A stretch of DNA of 63,947 nt, counting the filler, from Kipferlia bialata (Eukaryota): assembly GCA_003568945.1 (NCBI GenBank). It is 7 parts of 7 records of this genome, joined end to end, with 100 filler letters (N's around TTAATTAATTAA, not from the genome) between each part and the next. Parts side by side here need not be neighbours in the genome. Positions count along the whole stretch, not along the records: positions 31,032 to 41,265 come from BDIP01001470.1; positions 41,366 to 51,598 come from BDIP01001471.1; positions 51,699 to 61,926 come from BDIP01001472.1; 4 more parts are not named here. One strand, given 5' to 3'. Below, in pieces: positions 38,816 to 51,962 of the stretch (positions within the stretch are counted from its first letter, which is position 1; each line of letters opens with the position of its first letter). The notes under the pieces are model-generated. The model ran no database searches. It was not told the DNA's origin and saw nothing but the letters and a program-made list of their open reading frames with translations. The translations under genes and the position numbers were made by a program.

Positions 38816-39097
38816 GGCACTCATCTACATGCACATAGATTGCATATATAAGCTATGAGGCCAAGCAAGTAATAACTGCAGTGTCCTCTTTAGTTAGCAT
38901 CATGTGAGGCATAGGGCTGACCTCTCCTGCATATGAGGCCAGGGTTCCATTCTGGGCCGTTAAATGCCCCCCCCCCCCCCCCCCCCCCCCCGGCGGGGGG
39001 GGGGGGGGGGGGGGGGGGGAGGGGGGGGGGGGGGGGGGGGGGGGGGGATATACTCAATGACATACCAAAGTATATATACACCCTACACACCCCTCAC

Positions 39098-40672
39098 CTG
39101 CATGAAGAGGTCTGCGATGGTGCTGGCCACGTGGGCAAGCACCACAGGCTTGGTCTTCTTCTCAATGCCGATAGAGTGGGCACACATGTGGGCCTGAGGG
39201 GGAGAGAGAGACAAGTGCAGTATATATACAAGGAGAGAGTGTGTGTGCTCCGTACGTGTGCCTGGCAGATGAGGGCGTACATGTCCAGGGCGTTGGTGGA
39301 CATGTCGAATGTGCAGTGGCCCATCAGAGCAACGTCACGGGCAACGTGCTTGCTGGGGGTAGAGGGGAAAAGAGAGGGGGGGGGGGGGGGATACCACTGA
39401 GAGACACACACCTGAGGCTGTGGAACTGCGGTAGGGGGGTGGGGGGATACATATCGGCAGTGGAACTGGTTGTATATATATATATCATTACACACCTGAG
39501 GCTGTGGAACTGGTTGGCGGCCTCGCTGAAGGCGGCCCTGGCCTCTCTCTTCTCGGTCTCGGAGTTGGGCTGGGGGTGAGGAACAGAGTTGGGACCATAC
39601 ATATATATTTGCATAGACTGTACACATAGAGAACTATAGAGAAAGTGGGGGGAGGGGGGCAGAGAGACACCGACGCACCACAATGGAGGCGCCCTTGAGG
39701 TTGTAGGCTGTGGCCAGGTTGAAGAGGACGGAGTACTTCTCAAGGAGGAGAGAGGGGGTCCTGAGGGTGAGAGAGGTGCATAAACAAGTATATACAATGG
39801 GGATGTATGTCTTCTGTTGAGATGCTAGACTATAGCACAATACCACCACCACCCACCTGGACTGCTCTGCCTTGCGGGCAGGGTTGACGTTGTCATACCA
39901 CACAAACTCGGTCTGGAGGCCGGGCTGGGGTGAGAGGCATCTGGACCACATATATATATATATACATTGCCTGGCAAGGGTACCTGGTTGAATGGGAACC
40001 TGCCCTCGAGGTACTGCAGGTTGAGCAGATAGGTCTTGAGGTCAGCGATGACCTGGTCGGGCTTCTTGGACTGGGGGTGAGTGACACGGAAGACAGGATT
40101 AAATAGTGGAAGGTTTGGAAGGCAACACAAGAGACAGCGGCGCCAACACCTACGTGAATAGACAAACCAACAACAAAATGACTCCCGGAATGGACACGTA
40201 ACCACTACACGTAGGTCAGTCTAGAGGTAGACTACAAAAATAGAAGGAAGATCGTGTAGTGCTATATACAAGGGGTATGCGGGAATATCATATCCCAAAG
40301 CTCACCAATAAACGGTTGAGTCCCAATATACTAGCGATTTACAAGTAAGGAGTCGTGTATTGGCAGAGTGTATGTCAAACACCGAATTGACTCGGTCTCA
40401 CACTCCCTACCTCTGTGGGTGCCAGGGCGGTCTCCCTCATCTGCTGCAGGGACTGGAAGAACGGGTTGAACTTGGTGGCCTCCTCGCTCCCCTAGAGTGA
40501 GTGCTTCGTTGTTGACAATACTGAAACTAATGTCGGTCAGTTTGACGATTGCCTTCACCCCTCTCACACTGTCTCAGATATATCCCCATACCTTGTAGGT
40601 CTTGGCCATGTAGGCTCCCAGGACCTTAGAGAACTGGTATGGGTTGCTGAACTTGGGCGATATCTTGAACAT
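39098..40672 (-). CDS. BRO1-domain protein (Alix/Bro1/Brox family, ESCRT-associated), N-terminal part only
   Basis: MFKISPKFSNPYQFSKVLGAYMAKTY|SEEATKFNPFFQSLQQMRETAL|DLKTYLLNLQYLEGRFPF|TEFVWYDNV|SLLLEKYSVLFNLATAY|EARAAFSEAANQFHSL|FDMSTNALDMYALICQAH|AHMCAHSIGIEKK...LAHVA. These match the BRO1 hallmarks RFP, FxWYD, ExxxxLFN and DxxxxxL. Confidence 0.85.
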
Positions 40673-40985
40673 CTTGTGTTGAAGGGTGAAGAGACTACCA
40701 GTGGGTATATATGTCCCACACACTATACGGTTTTACCTAGACCCTTCTTCTGTTTTTGTAGGATCAGACTAGCCAAAAATCGTGAATGAAAGGGTCTGGT
40801 GTGTTGGTCTCCCTTCTTGCTGACTCTCACTAACAGAGTAGCCTCACGTGTACCAGCCTTCTGACACTGTCTGAGACTACTTCAGAGACCCGGTACTTGG
40901 TTCCCTCTTGTTGTGTGTAAGGAGAGCTCTCCAGTGTGTGGAGGGTCTGAGTGAGACGTAGTAGGTCGCTTGTATTTAGTGAGGA

Positions 40986-41208
40986 ATGGTGCTCATCTCA
41001 CTGCGCCGTTCCCGGCAGGACTGGGTTCGGCTACTAATGCCTGAATTGGTTGACCTAATTGCGGCATACCAGTGTGTGGGTCAGAGGGATGGGTCCATGT
41101 CTGTGACCTCTGCTGTGGATGCCGTGCATGGCCTGTACCAGTGGATGTGCACACACCTGGGGCCGGAGGGGAGGACCATAGAGTACCCCAGGTGCCAACG
41201 CTACAGCT
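40986..41208 (+). CDS. 3'-partial hypothetical protein
   Basis: ATG-initiated ORF MVLISLRRSRQDWVRLLMPELVDLIAAY..., divergent from the BRO1 gene and running into the contig-end microsatellite. Confidence 0.35.
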
Positions 41209-41231
41209 GATCTCTCTCTCTCTCTCTCTCT

Positions 41232-41265
<34 letters not shown>

Positions 41266-41365
41266 NNNNNNNNNNNNNNNNNNNNNNNNNNNNNNNNNNN
41301 NNNNNNNNNTTAATTAATTAANNNNNNNNNNNNNNNNNNNNNNNNNNNNNNNNNNNNNNNNNNNN
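41266..41365. other. Artificial contig-joining spacer
   Basis: N44-TTAATTAATTAA-N44. Confidence 0.98.
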
Positions 41366-41528
41366 CCCCCGCCAAAGATTTTTTTTTTTCCTCCCCCCCC
41401 CCCCCCCCCCCTCTCTATTCCACTAACCATTAGAGGAAGTGATCTGCAGAGAGATGCCTCAGGCCAAGTCTATTTCTCTTTCTCCCTGTCTCCTTCTGTA
41501 TTTTCTTTCATTATTTCTTACACTTCAG

Positions 41529-44500
41529 AAGAGGTCATCTGCCGGGAGATGCCCCAGGCCAAGACTGTTGTCAGTGACCACAATGCAACCACCCTGACAC
41601 CTAGAGACCCATTCACCATTGCCCTGTTCCCAGCCACATCGGAGTACAGGGAGATAGCTGCACACAGTAGGTAATAGTATAATGTAGAATATCAGATAAT
41701 ACATATACAATGAGTAGTATAGAAAGAATTGTTAAATATGTATGACTATTAACATTCAGGGTGGCTAATCAAGTGGGTGTCAACAGGACCAAGGACTCCC
41801 TCTTCATCCACAGCCAGTTCCACCCGAGTCTGCCATCTGCACCTGTGGCACTGGCCAGGAATAGGTGATTAATAGTATTGTATTTGTAGTTATTAGTGTC
41901 TAATCTACCTGTGGGATGGAGTGGGAATATATGTTGTATCATACATCGTCTGCCATCTGCATCTGTGGCACTGGCCAGAAATAGGTACTTCATATACACA
42001 CACACATATATATATGTATAGGACACATATATGGAAGTGTGTCTTATCTGTTGTGTGATGTGTATACATATATTGTCTCTGTACGTGTCTATATACTTAC
42101 CCTTAGTACTGTCACCATGCTGGACCACCACCTCATGCTGTACAATGCCCCCCACTGCATGCCCCAACTGGCACCATGGCCAGAGGGGCTGTCACACTCA
42201 GCTGCAGTGCTGCTATGGAGGTATCGTGTAGAACATTTCAGTACGCGTAATAATATACATGTATTAGTCTCTGGCACCATGGCCAGAGGGACTGTCCCAC
42301 TCAGCTGCAGTGCTGCTAAGGAGGTAGTATCTATCGTGTAGTGTATGAGCATGGTATTGGAATCTCGGCAGTTCATCAGCATCAGCAGTGCTATCGTGTG
42401 TCACTTCTCCTCTTGCATCGCGTTGTAACACCAGGCTCCTTCCTGCCCACATTGCTGCTGTCAAGCCTACTGCCCACCATATATATATGTACTATATATA
42501 TATATACTGTTCCACCGTATTCCTATATTTACTGCAGACTGCTCCCTGCCCACATTGCCACTGTCAAGCCTGCCCACTATATATGAATTCTCATACATAT
42601 CGTGGAGTTCTACTAGTACTATCGTGTAGTAACACCAGGCTCCTCCCTGCCCACATAGCTGCTGTGAAGCCTGCCCACTGCATATACGACAGCACAGAGG
42701 ACGGGACCAGCATAGCCAACATGCTCAGGACAGTGCCTAGGCAGAGGTGTGTATATACTACTATGTATATATACTATATACTATGTACGTGTGTATATAT
42801 ATATATGTATAGCCACCATGCTGAGGAAGGTGCCTAGGCAGAGGTAGCTGCTATTCTCTCTCTCTCTCTCCATTTCTCTAAACCCTTATTCTCAGGGATG
42901 GTATGCTTCTCTTCATGGAGACCAACATTCGTATGAAGCACCCCCCTGACAGAGAGACAGACTCCCCAGCCACACTGGCAGAGAGGAAGATGAGGTAACT
43001 ACACGTTAGTGTCATATTTATACGCGTAATTATGACTATGAACTCCCCAGCCACACTGGCAGAGAGGAAGAGGAGCTAATTTCTACGCGATAGCTTGTAT
43101 TCCACACGCTATTTCTATATGCTCACCAGCCACACTGGCAGAGAGGAAGATGAGTCAACTACATGATAGCTTGTTTTCTACGCGGTGTTCTTTCTGACCC
43201 CAGGGGCATTGGCAAGGGCGTGGGTGAGTACATCACCATCGGGGCATTCCTGTCAGACTCGTTCAAGGTATGAGTGTTCTCTCTCTCTCTGTCTCTCTCT
43301 CTTTATCTCTCTCTCTCTCTGTTCTTACTATCAGAACTCTGAGAGGTTCTATGGCAACACCACCTCCTTTGTCTATGAGTATGCCAGTGAATACTCTCTC
43401 TCTCTCTCTCTCTCTTACCTTCAGTCCTCTGAGCGCTTCTATGGCAACACCACCTCCTTTGTGTATGAGTATGCCAGGGATGGCAAGATCGACTTCTACC
43501 TGGCCAGTGCAAACACATCAAAGGACTATAGGTAGATTGATTTCTGTAATTGATTGATTGATTGATTGAATGTGATTGATCGCTATATACAAGATTGACT
43601 TCTACCTGGCCAGTGCAAACACATCAAAGGACTACAGGTAGATTGATTTATGTAATCGATTGATTGATTGATTAAGATTGATTGATTAAGATTGACTTCT
43701 ACCTGGCCAGTGCAAACACATCAAAGGACTACAGGTACTATCTCTCTCTCTCTCTCTCTGTCTCTCTCTACACCCTTATTCACCCCCAGGATCATACTGC
43801 ACTCTGGCCATGTGAACCATAACCTCTCTCTCTCTCTCTCTCTACGCCCTTATTAACCCTCCGGATTATGCTGCACTCTGGCGATTCACCCATCTCTCTC
43901 TATCTCTCTTTCTATATGTATATGTAGCTTCTCTATATACCTCTTACCCCTCAGGATCATGCTGCACTCTGGCCATGTTGACCATAACCTCTCTCTGTCT
44001 ATGTCTCTCTCTCTCTCTCTACACCCTCTATTCACCCTCAGGATCATTCTTTTCTCTCTATATGTGTATAGAATATATAGATTCATGTGTCTTACCCTAG
44101 AATCATGCTGCACTCTGGCCATGTTGACCAGAGGGAGGGCCCACCCATGGTGCTGTCATCCACAGAGGACTATATTAACATAGGTATATATATATATATA
44201 TATATCTCACTCATATATATAACGAAGTGAATGCCTCAGTGTGGTTGTACTTATATATGTACATTGAGATGGTGCTGTCATCCACAGAGGACTACATTAA
44301 CATAGGTACATAGAGTAATATATATATATATTATTCCATGTGTGATAACATGACATGGTGCTATCATCCACAGAGGACTATATTAACATAGGTACATAAG
44401 CGTATATTTATCCTATCCACACTCTCTCTAGTATGAGTGTATACCATGTATACCATTATATATTCATACATATGTATATATGTGTTTACACTAACTGACC

Positions 44501-44765
44501 CTAGGTGGCGGAGGCATTGTGCTCCGAGGCAACCTCCACAACGGGTACTGCGATGACTCTAGCACATTCCACTGCGAGGTAGGATTGATTGATTGATTGA
44601 TTCATTTCTGAGATAGATAGATTGATTTTCTGAGATAGATAGATTGAATTCTAAGATTGATTCATTGATTGATTATGATTGATTTCTTACAATCAGGGCA
44701 TGATTGCAGAGGGCAGGGTACCGTTCAAGCTGAGAAAGTTCAGCATCTACTCCTTCAACACATAG
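41529..44765 (+). CDS. 5'-partial TLDc-domain protein (Oxr1/NCOA7/TBC1D24 superfamily)
   Basis: Spliced motifs CIYDSTEDGTSIANML, GMLLFMET, TIGAFLSDSF, RFYGNTTSFVY, DYINI|GGGGIVLRGNLHNGYCDDSSTFHCE and PFKLRKFSIYSFNT* (TAG 44763-44765), in canonical TLDc order. Confidence 0.85.
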
Positions 44766-44812
44766 AGGGGGATAGAGTTAAGGGTGTAGAGGGGGAGAGA
44801 GATGAGAGTGTA

Positions 44813-44847
<35 letters not shown>

Positions 44848-45048
44848 GGAGGAATAGTGTAGTTGTTCAGTGACGTCGTTTCGGCGTTCTTCTATGTATT
44901 TCGTGTGTGGAATAGAGTTGTCTAAAGCTGTATAGTTGAGGCATTGTATTGTTGATGTTCTACCAGGATACTATTGGGATCTGTGTTGGCAGTGGCATGG
45001 ATATAGATCTATATCTATACTTGAAGGAAGCAACAGCTGGCAACACAT

Positions 45049-48000
45049 TCACTGTTTGTCTCTCTCTGTATCACTGTCCAAACCAGTTCCGCAGCCTTCC
45101 CCAGAGTGACACTCTTCCACTCTCTCTCTCCCCCTCTAACACACTAGCTGTCTCAGACTGAGTGTGGGAACGTGTGTTTCCGGCCAAGTTCAGCTGCATG
45201 TGAGAGATGACGTGAAGGATAGGTCCAATGGGATCAATGGAAGACTATCAACGTAACCACAACACTATCGGCAGATGAACCATTGTTACTTGAGATATGA
45301 CACTGACCATCTTCTTTTCAACTGCATCCACCGTATTAGTGTTATATGATACTGGTAGTTGAATTGGAAGGGTCTTAGCTATTACTGATAACAAAGAGAA
45401 AGAAACTGACCTCTTTCAACTGCCACTCTGATACCTTGTTACCATAGAGGTCTAGCTGGCATGTGAGTATGTGTAAAGTACATAGCGATAGATATAGGAA
45501 CTGACCACAGCTATAGAACAAAGCATATATACATGGAAATGTATATATATACTGGTGTAGTACAGTGTACAGTCACTCCGTAGATGTGAGACGTACCACC
45601 TCTAGGCAAGGGTGATCGACTATAGCAGATGCAAGGCGTTTGGCCCCGCGGCGACTGATCTGGTTCTGCCGCAGCATCAACTGTAGTGAGGGTATAAGTT
45701 ATGAATCATATCAATTGGTACATATGCCAGGAGGGGCTGTCTCGCTTGGGTTCTCTCCTCACTTTGTCACTCTACAAGTATTAATATATAGTATCCCATG
45801 CCTTTCTGAGCTGTGGGATATCCGAGAGAATAGTTGAGGAAGTATACCAGGAATACTGAGTATACCTTTGTGAGCTGTGGGACATCCTTTAGCGCTATAG
45901 CGAGGTGGTTCACCCCCTCATCAGAGATGAATGTCTCACACAGGTCAAGCTGGTGTCAGCACAATAGATTTTCAAAGGTATATATATATATACTAACATA
46001 TAATGACACAGTACAAATATATATAATCAATATACATAGATGCAAGAATGTCTCACACAGGTCAAGTTAAGTGTCACAAACCCCAGGATACCGAGTACAA
46101 TGCTCGTACACACATACTTAGAGTACAATAGGTGTGAATCAATGATTCTATCATACCTCTGCGAGTCTAGGTAGATAGTGTAGAGCCTCCGCCACAAGCC
46201 TAGCCCCCTCATCACCCAGGTCACTAGCACTCAGGTCAAGCTGAGGGTAAGGATAAGATGCGAGAACATATATGTATGTCCTGCTCATAATATCTATGCG
46301 CTACATCACTGTGAGCAAGGTCAGCGCCTGTGCCAAGTATATAGCCAAACAAATACTCCCTGTGTTTGTGATACACCACTATAACTACTATATATACATA
46401 TATATACATATGTATATATATATACATACCACTGTCAGGTCGGGCAGCAGGGCCAGTGCCTGTGCCAGGTCTGTGATGCACTTGTGGTCAATGATCTCGC
46501 CCAGGGTGACCCTCAGCTGAATAGTGAGACCGGACACGAAACACCAATTTGGTGCTATACTGTTACAGTATCTGTGTCCAGTATAATACTGTATCCCACT
46601 ATAATTTAGCAGGATATATAGTAAGTATGTTGTACAATGCAAGTACCTCCGTAAGGTGTGGGGTGTGTACCAGTCCCCTTGCTATGGCACTTGCCCCATC
46701 GTAGACGCCCGCATCATAGGTACTCAAGTCAAGCTAGAGTGAGGGAATAAGATACAGAGATGGAGATGGAGACACACATTCACTGAGATATAGGAGATTA
46801 CATTATACTATACGGCGAACTACTAATATGTACTGCATCTTGAAACAACACATTGACACCTAACTCTTCATACTACAAATTGATTTATAGCACATATGCT
46901 GTTGGATTGTACCTTCTGGAGGTGTGGTATGTTGTGCAGGGCATCTGCTAGAAAGAGTGCTCCATCATAGCCAAGGTCATGCATGCCAAGGTCAAGCTGG
47001 GGTGAGTATTCATCTATATGTAGTGAATGGTACATAGAGAGTTTGTATTAAGCTAGTATTTGCACCTCAATATGGATTAGAGGAATTGTGGATTCAGAAG
47101 TTCTAAATCAGAACTATAGAGAGTATACCTCCACCAGATATATAATATGGTAGTATATATGGAGTATTTTGTGTATACTAGTATATACTATATACATCAC
47201 ACCTCAATCAGGTTAGGGACGTGACACAGGGCCCTTGAGAGGTGTCTGACCATAGTCTCATCAACGTCAAACCCAGTTACAGCTAACTTAGGTGAGTAGA
47301 AGACTTCTACTAGAAGAGATGGAAGCGATAACCAGAAACCATGAATACGAACCCAAGTGGTTTAGAAGGATTTTTCTAGTAATGGCACACACTCATAATT
47401 GTCGCGAAGTATGGTGTGTGGTAACGTCTCATAACCATTTACACATATGTATGATAGATAGAAATAGAGCACTGGTACCTGTTGCACCTTTGAATCGCGA
47501 ATAGTAGTACATGGTAAATAGTGGTACATGGTAAATACTCTTTACTAAATAGGACTGGTACCTGTTGCAGCTGTGGCAAGTGGCGAAGTGACATGGATAG
47601 GTACCCCAGGCCCAACTGGCTGCGACAGCCCCAAGACTGCCGTGTAAGGGAAAGCTGAAGTGAGTAAGAGGTGGAGCACAAATGTGTATATAGTTAATAT
47701 GTAAGTTTGTTATGGTATATGTATAGTTAGTTTGCCAGATTGGAGGTGGACACTGCTGTTATCTGGGATATACATCCAAAAGGTGTATACAATTTGATCA
47801 ACCATACACTCTAGCACAACGTGTAGAAGCCTTGTCACACCCTCTTGAATTCTAGCTTGTTCTCACAGGGCCTGTGTATCCACTGAGTATATGAATGCTT
47901 AGATAACAGGGCATAAATAGGCACTGAATATATATATATATATAGTACTAGATATGTATGAGTACTCTAGCACATCGTGTAGAATTCACCTTTGTGAGCA

Positions 48001-48405
48001 TTGGCATGTTGGACAGAGCATGTGCTAAGGAGAGCTCCCCCTCTGGAGATATGTCATCTGGGTGGGACATGGATATGCACAGCTGGGGGTGAGAGGTGGT
48101 CTTTAACACTCCTGAACGACATATGAAGCGACAGTACCTCGTTTGTGTGTCCCTCCAGACATGTGTCTACAGGACCCCACCAGGGGAACTGCCCTCTATA
48201 CACTGCTAGGGTGTGTGCATCAAGTGGCTGGGGTATGAGACAGAGATACCAATACACACATTCGTCAGAGAAGAATGATGCATGATATATATTGCGTACT
48301 ATTATATACTATACCCTTACATATTCATTATTGTACATTATGATATAATTTACCCATCCATACCTGTGACACTGTCCTTTCTTTCTGAAGTATATTGTAT
48401 ACTGT

Positions 48406-48439
<34 letters not shown>

Positions 48440-51108
48440 TATCGTATATATATACATATGAAGTATAATACTCCACACCTGTGACAACTATATATGTATT
48501 ATACAGCTTTACTTCATGATCCTCTCCCTCCAGATATAGGTAGTATACACCTTTAACACTCTTTATCGACATGTGAAGCGACTGTACCTCGTTACTTTGT
48601 CCCTCTAGACATGTGTCTACAGGAACAATGTATATTGCATATGAAAGACACATAAATATCCTAAATAATGAATTTAGTTCTACCTCGTTACTCTGTCCCT
48701 CTAGGCATGTGTCTACAGGAGCCCACCAGGGGAACTGCTCCCTATACACTGCTAGGGTGTGGGCATCTAGAGGCTGGTGTATTAGAGAAGGTCAGGAGGG
48801 GTTGCATCCTATTAGGAGTGTATACGACGTATTCCATACGTCTATATGTATACTAATATCCTCCCATACACAACAAGGGTGTGTGCATCTAGTGGCTGGT
48901 GCATATGAGAGAGATACATATACACATTCGTCAGACAGGAATGATGCATGATATATATTGCATGTATGAATTTTTAGTACTATATGTCATACTCATATAT
49001 ACCTGTGAGACCCTGTCCTTTCATTAATATGTATATTGTATATTGTAGATATATAAGTAGAATATATCATATATGTACATACGAAGTAGAGTACTTCCAC
49101 ACCTGTGACACCCTGTCCATCCATGCCTGTTGCAGAGCACTCAACTCTCTCTCCTCCTTCCTCCCTCTAGGACACATCTCAAGGGCACGACACACAACAT
49201 CATCATCATACTCACTATCGTTCAGGGTCTCAGCTACATGATCGCCAAGAGCAGCTGCAAGAGTATTGTACTCGTTTGCAGAGAGCCAGCCTGAAGTGAG
49301 AAGAATGCTGTATAGTCACTATACTATAGTGTGAGATATAGTAAGCAAAGATAGTAAACACCGTATATGAGATAGTGATATATAAGACTGCCTACTAACG
49401 TCTTCGATTACAATAATCGCCTCTCTCTCTCGCACATCGAAGCAGAGTTGCCTCAAACAATTCTACTGAGCAGAATCTACTCTATGATGTATACTATATA
49501 TGAATCATATATGACACATACTATCTAACTTACCTCTAAGCACCGCAGCTATACTGGTGTGCTCGTGGCGCAGAGTGAGCAGAGCCTGAGGGAATGAGAG
49601 AGTTGGTGAATATATCTAATCACTACATGTATTGTGTTATACGGTACGTGTTTAGTTAATGTGTATGACAATTAGTCTGCTCATTGTGAGAGTGAACAGA
49701 GCTTGAGGGAATGAGAGGGTTGGTGAATACACAATAATTCTACTCGTTGTGTTACACAACTTGTGTACACTGATAGCACATAGGCTTAAGCTCAGCAGAG
49801 CCAGAAGGGGCGAGACGGCGTGAGGAAGAGTAATTAGGTTGGGGGGGGGGAGAGACGATCGCGACACTGTTTTTTACTTTGATACGGGTGTGTATATATG
49901 TGAATGTGTACACATACTGTATTTAGGTCTGGGTGCATACCTCATAGACTGAGTCCATCTGAGGGGACAGGGCCTTGGTCACGATATACATACATATACT
50001 ATTATGTACTTAAGAATACTACTGCATATGGGTATAAACACACGATTGTGTACATATATACCTCATAGACTGAGTCCATCTGTGTAGACGTGGCCTTGGT
50101 GACCTCCCTCCTAATGTACCTGTCCCTCTCTGCCCCACTTACTGTGCGTACACATGTCACGGTGTCCTCGTCATTTCCATACCTAGGGTGAGGATACGTG
50201 ATTCCTGTGAGTGTTACTAAACAATGCAATATATAACGAGTAATACATTGAATATTATACAATATGTACATACAAAGATACAAATAGTATCGGTTAGTAA
50301 TTGTATGTATTGGACAGTAAGCCATACCCCTCTATCATGCCACACACTGCATCCACTGCAGCCTCTTCCTCCCCTCCCTCTAGATGGTGTGTCAGTACGG
50401 TGGCAAGGTCATCCAAGTAGAGGGTGAACTGAGGTAAAGGAAGAGTGTCAACTGTACTCTGAATAGGGTACTTCTAGTATATACTTTGTTGCAGAGTACG
50501 GTGGCAAGGTCATCCAGGCACACGGTGACCTGGGGTTAAGTAGAAACAAGTAGGCATATGTAGATAAGTAGGCCTAGCACAACAATTTCATGTTTGCTAT
50601 TCCAAGATTAGGGCGACCTGGGGTAAAAGTAGAATTCAAAAGTTGTATCTACAACTACACTCTGAATAGTATGAAAGAGTGTGTAATCATTAGAATATGA
50701 GATTCACCACTCTGTAGTATTAGAATATGTAGTGTATAGTGTATACAGAAGTATTGCCTTTCGTTGACCTGAGGGACCAGAGAGTACACTATGGAGGCAA
50801 ATATATAGTGTTAGTAATACTAACTTAGTATATAGAGTACAGTAGTATCAAAATATATATTGGTCTTCACTCACCTCAGGGACCAGGGGGACAAGAGAGC
50901 ACTGCAGTGTGTCGATAATGACACTGGCCATGGGCATACATGCCATATGAAGGGGTATACAACCACCGTCAGCGCCAGGGGTAGCTAGCGAGATAGCTGC
51001 AGGTATCCCTCTGCTCTCTGATGCACTGGCCCCGCATCGTTCACTGTGCAGCGTCTGGTAGCGTACCCAGCCTGGGTGGGTGCTTGGGTCTGTTCTAGGT
51101 GGCTCCAT
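45049..51108 (-). CDS. Leucine-rich repeat protein, ribonuclease-inhibitor-like subtype
   Basis: ATG at 51108 (MEPPRTDPSTHPGW). C-terminal exons each encode one repeat: LDLSTYDAGVYDGASAIARGLVHTPHLTE, LRVTLGEIIDHKCITDLAQALALLPDLT, LDLSASDLGDEGARLVAEALHYLPRLAE, LDLCETFISDEGVNHLAIALKDVPQLT, LMLRQNQISRRGAKRLASAIVDHPCLE. The last exon is LNLAGN...ERDKQ*. Confidence 0.8.
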
Positions 51109-51307
51109 TTATGGCACCGGTGGGTCTTGTTCTATCACAAGAAGAAGAAGCTACCTATTCACACATACATTTCAAGGTTGTGTGTTGGAAAATTGAGGGT
51201 ACAGGGATCAAAAAGTTTTATCCTCCATTGAACCCTTATTCACTATCGTTCTGGTGTCGTGTAACCCGTAACCTCTCTAGTGTGTCCCTTGTCATAGCTG
51301 TACGGCC

Positions 51308-51446
51308 ATGCCAGACCCGACAGAGGAGGAGGACATGTCCATGTACATCTGCAAGGAACCGCCCGTAGCAAGGAAGGAGACAGAGACAGAGAGGGAGAGA
51401 GAGGTAGAGGTGGCGTTGGATGCCGATGTGGACCCTGCCATCAAGG
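51308..51446 (+). CDS. First exon of a hypothetical protein (3'-partial)
   Basis: MPDPTEEEDMSMYICKEPPVARKETETEREREVEVALDADVDPAIK followed by a GT donor, with a donor echo at about 51515-51540. Confidence 0.5.
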
Positions 51447-51542
51447 TACCTGTCTATACTCTACCATGCCTATGTATCTAGACAGTATAATACTAAAACG
51501 GATACTGTATTTGGTCGATGTGGACCCTGCCATCAAGGTATA

Positions 51543-51591
<49 letters not shown>

Positions 51592-51598
51592 CCCTCCC

Positions 51599-51698
51599 NN
51601 NNNNNNNNNNNNNNNNNNNNNNNNNNNNNNNNNNNNNNNNNNTTAATTAATTAANNNNNNNNNNNNNNNNNNNNNNNNNNNNNNNNNNNNNNNNNNNN
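51599..51698. other. Artificial contig-joining spacer
   Basis: N44-TTAATTAATTAA-N44. Confidence 0.98.
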
Positions 51699-51962
51699 TC
51701 GCTTGCGCGATCTGCTAAGTTATTATGAATCACCTAAACACTCCGAAGAGCGATTGGCTTCAACCTAATAAATGCCCACCGAAGTGGAAGCACGTATTAG
51801 CTCTAGATTTACCAGTGTTATCCGACTAGTAAGTTATTGCCGTGTACATTTTAACCGATTTAATGAGCCGTCCGCAGATTAGGTTGTATAAACACCCGAT
51901 CTTAGACATGCATGGCTTAATCCTTTCAATGAGCACACACTACTGGCAGGATCAACCAGTTT
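51699..51962 (-). rRNA. 18S rRNA: 18S rRNA, 5' fragment (start of the next repeat unit)
   Basis: Identical to 60807-61070; contains the reverse complement of CTGGTTGATCCTGCCAGT. Confidence 0.92.
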
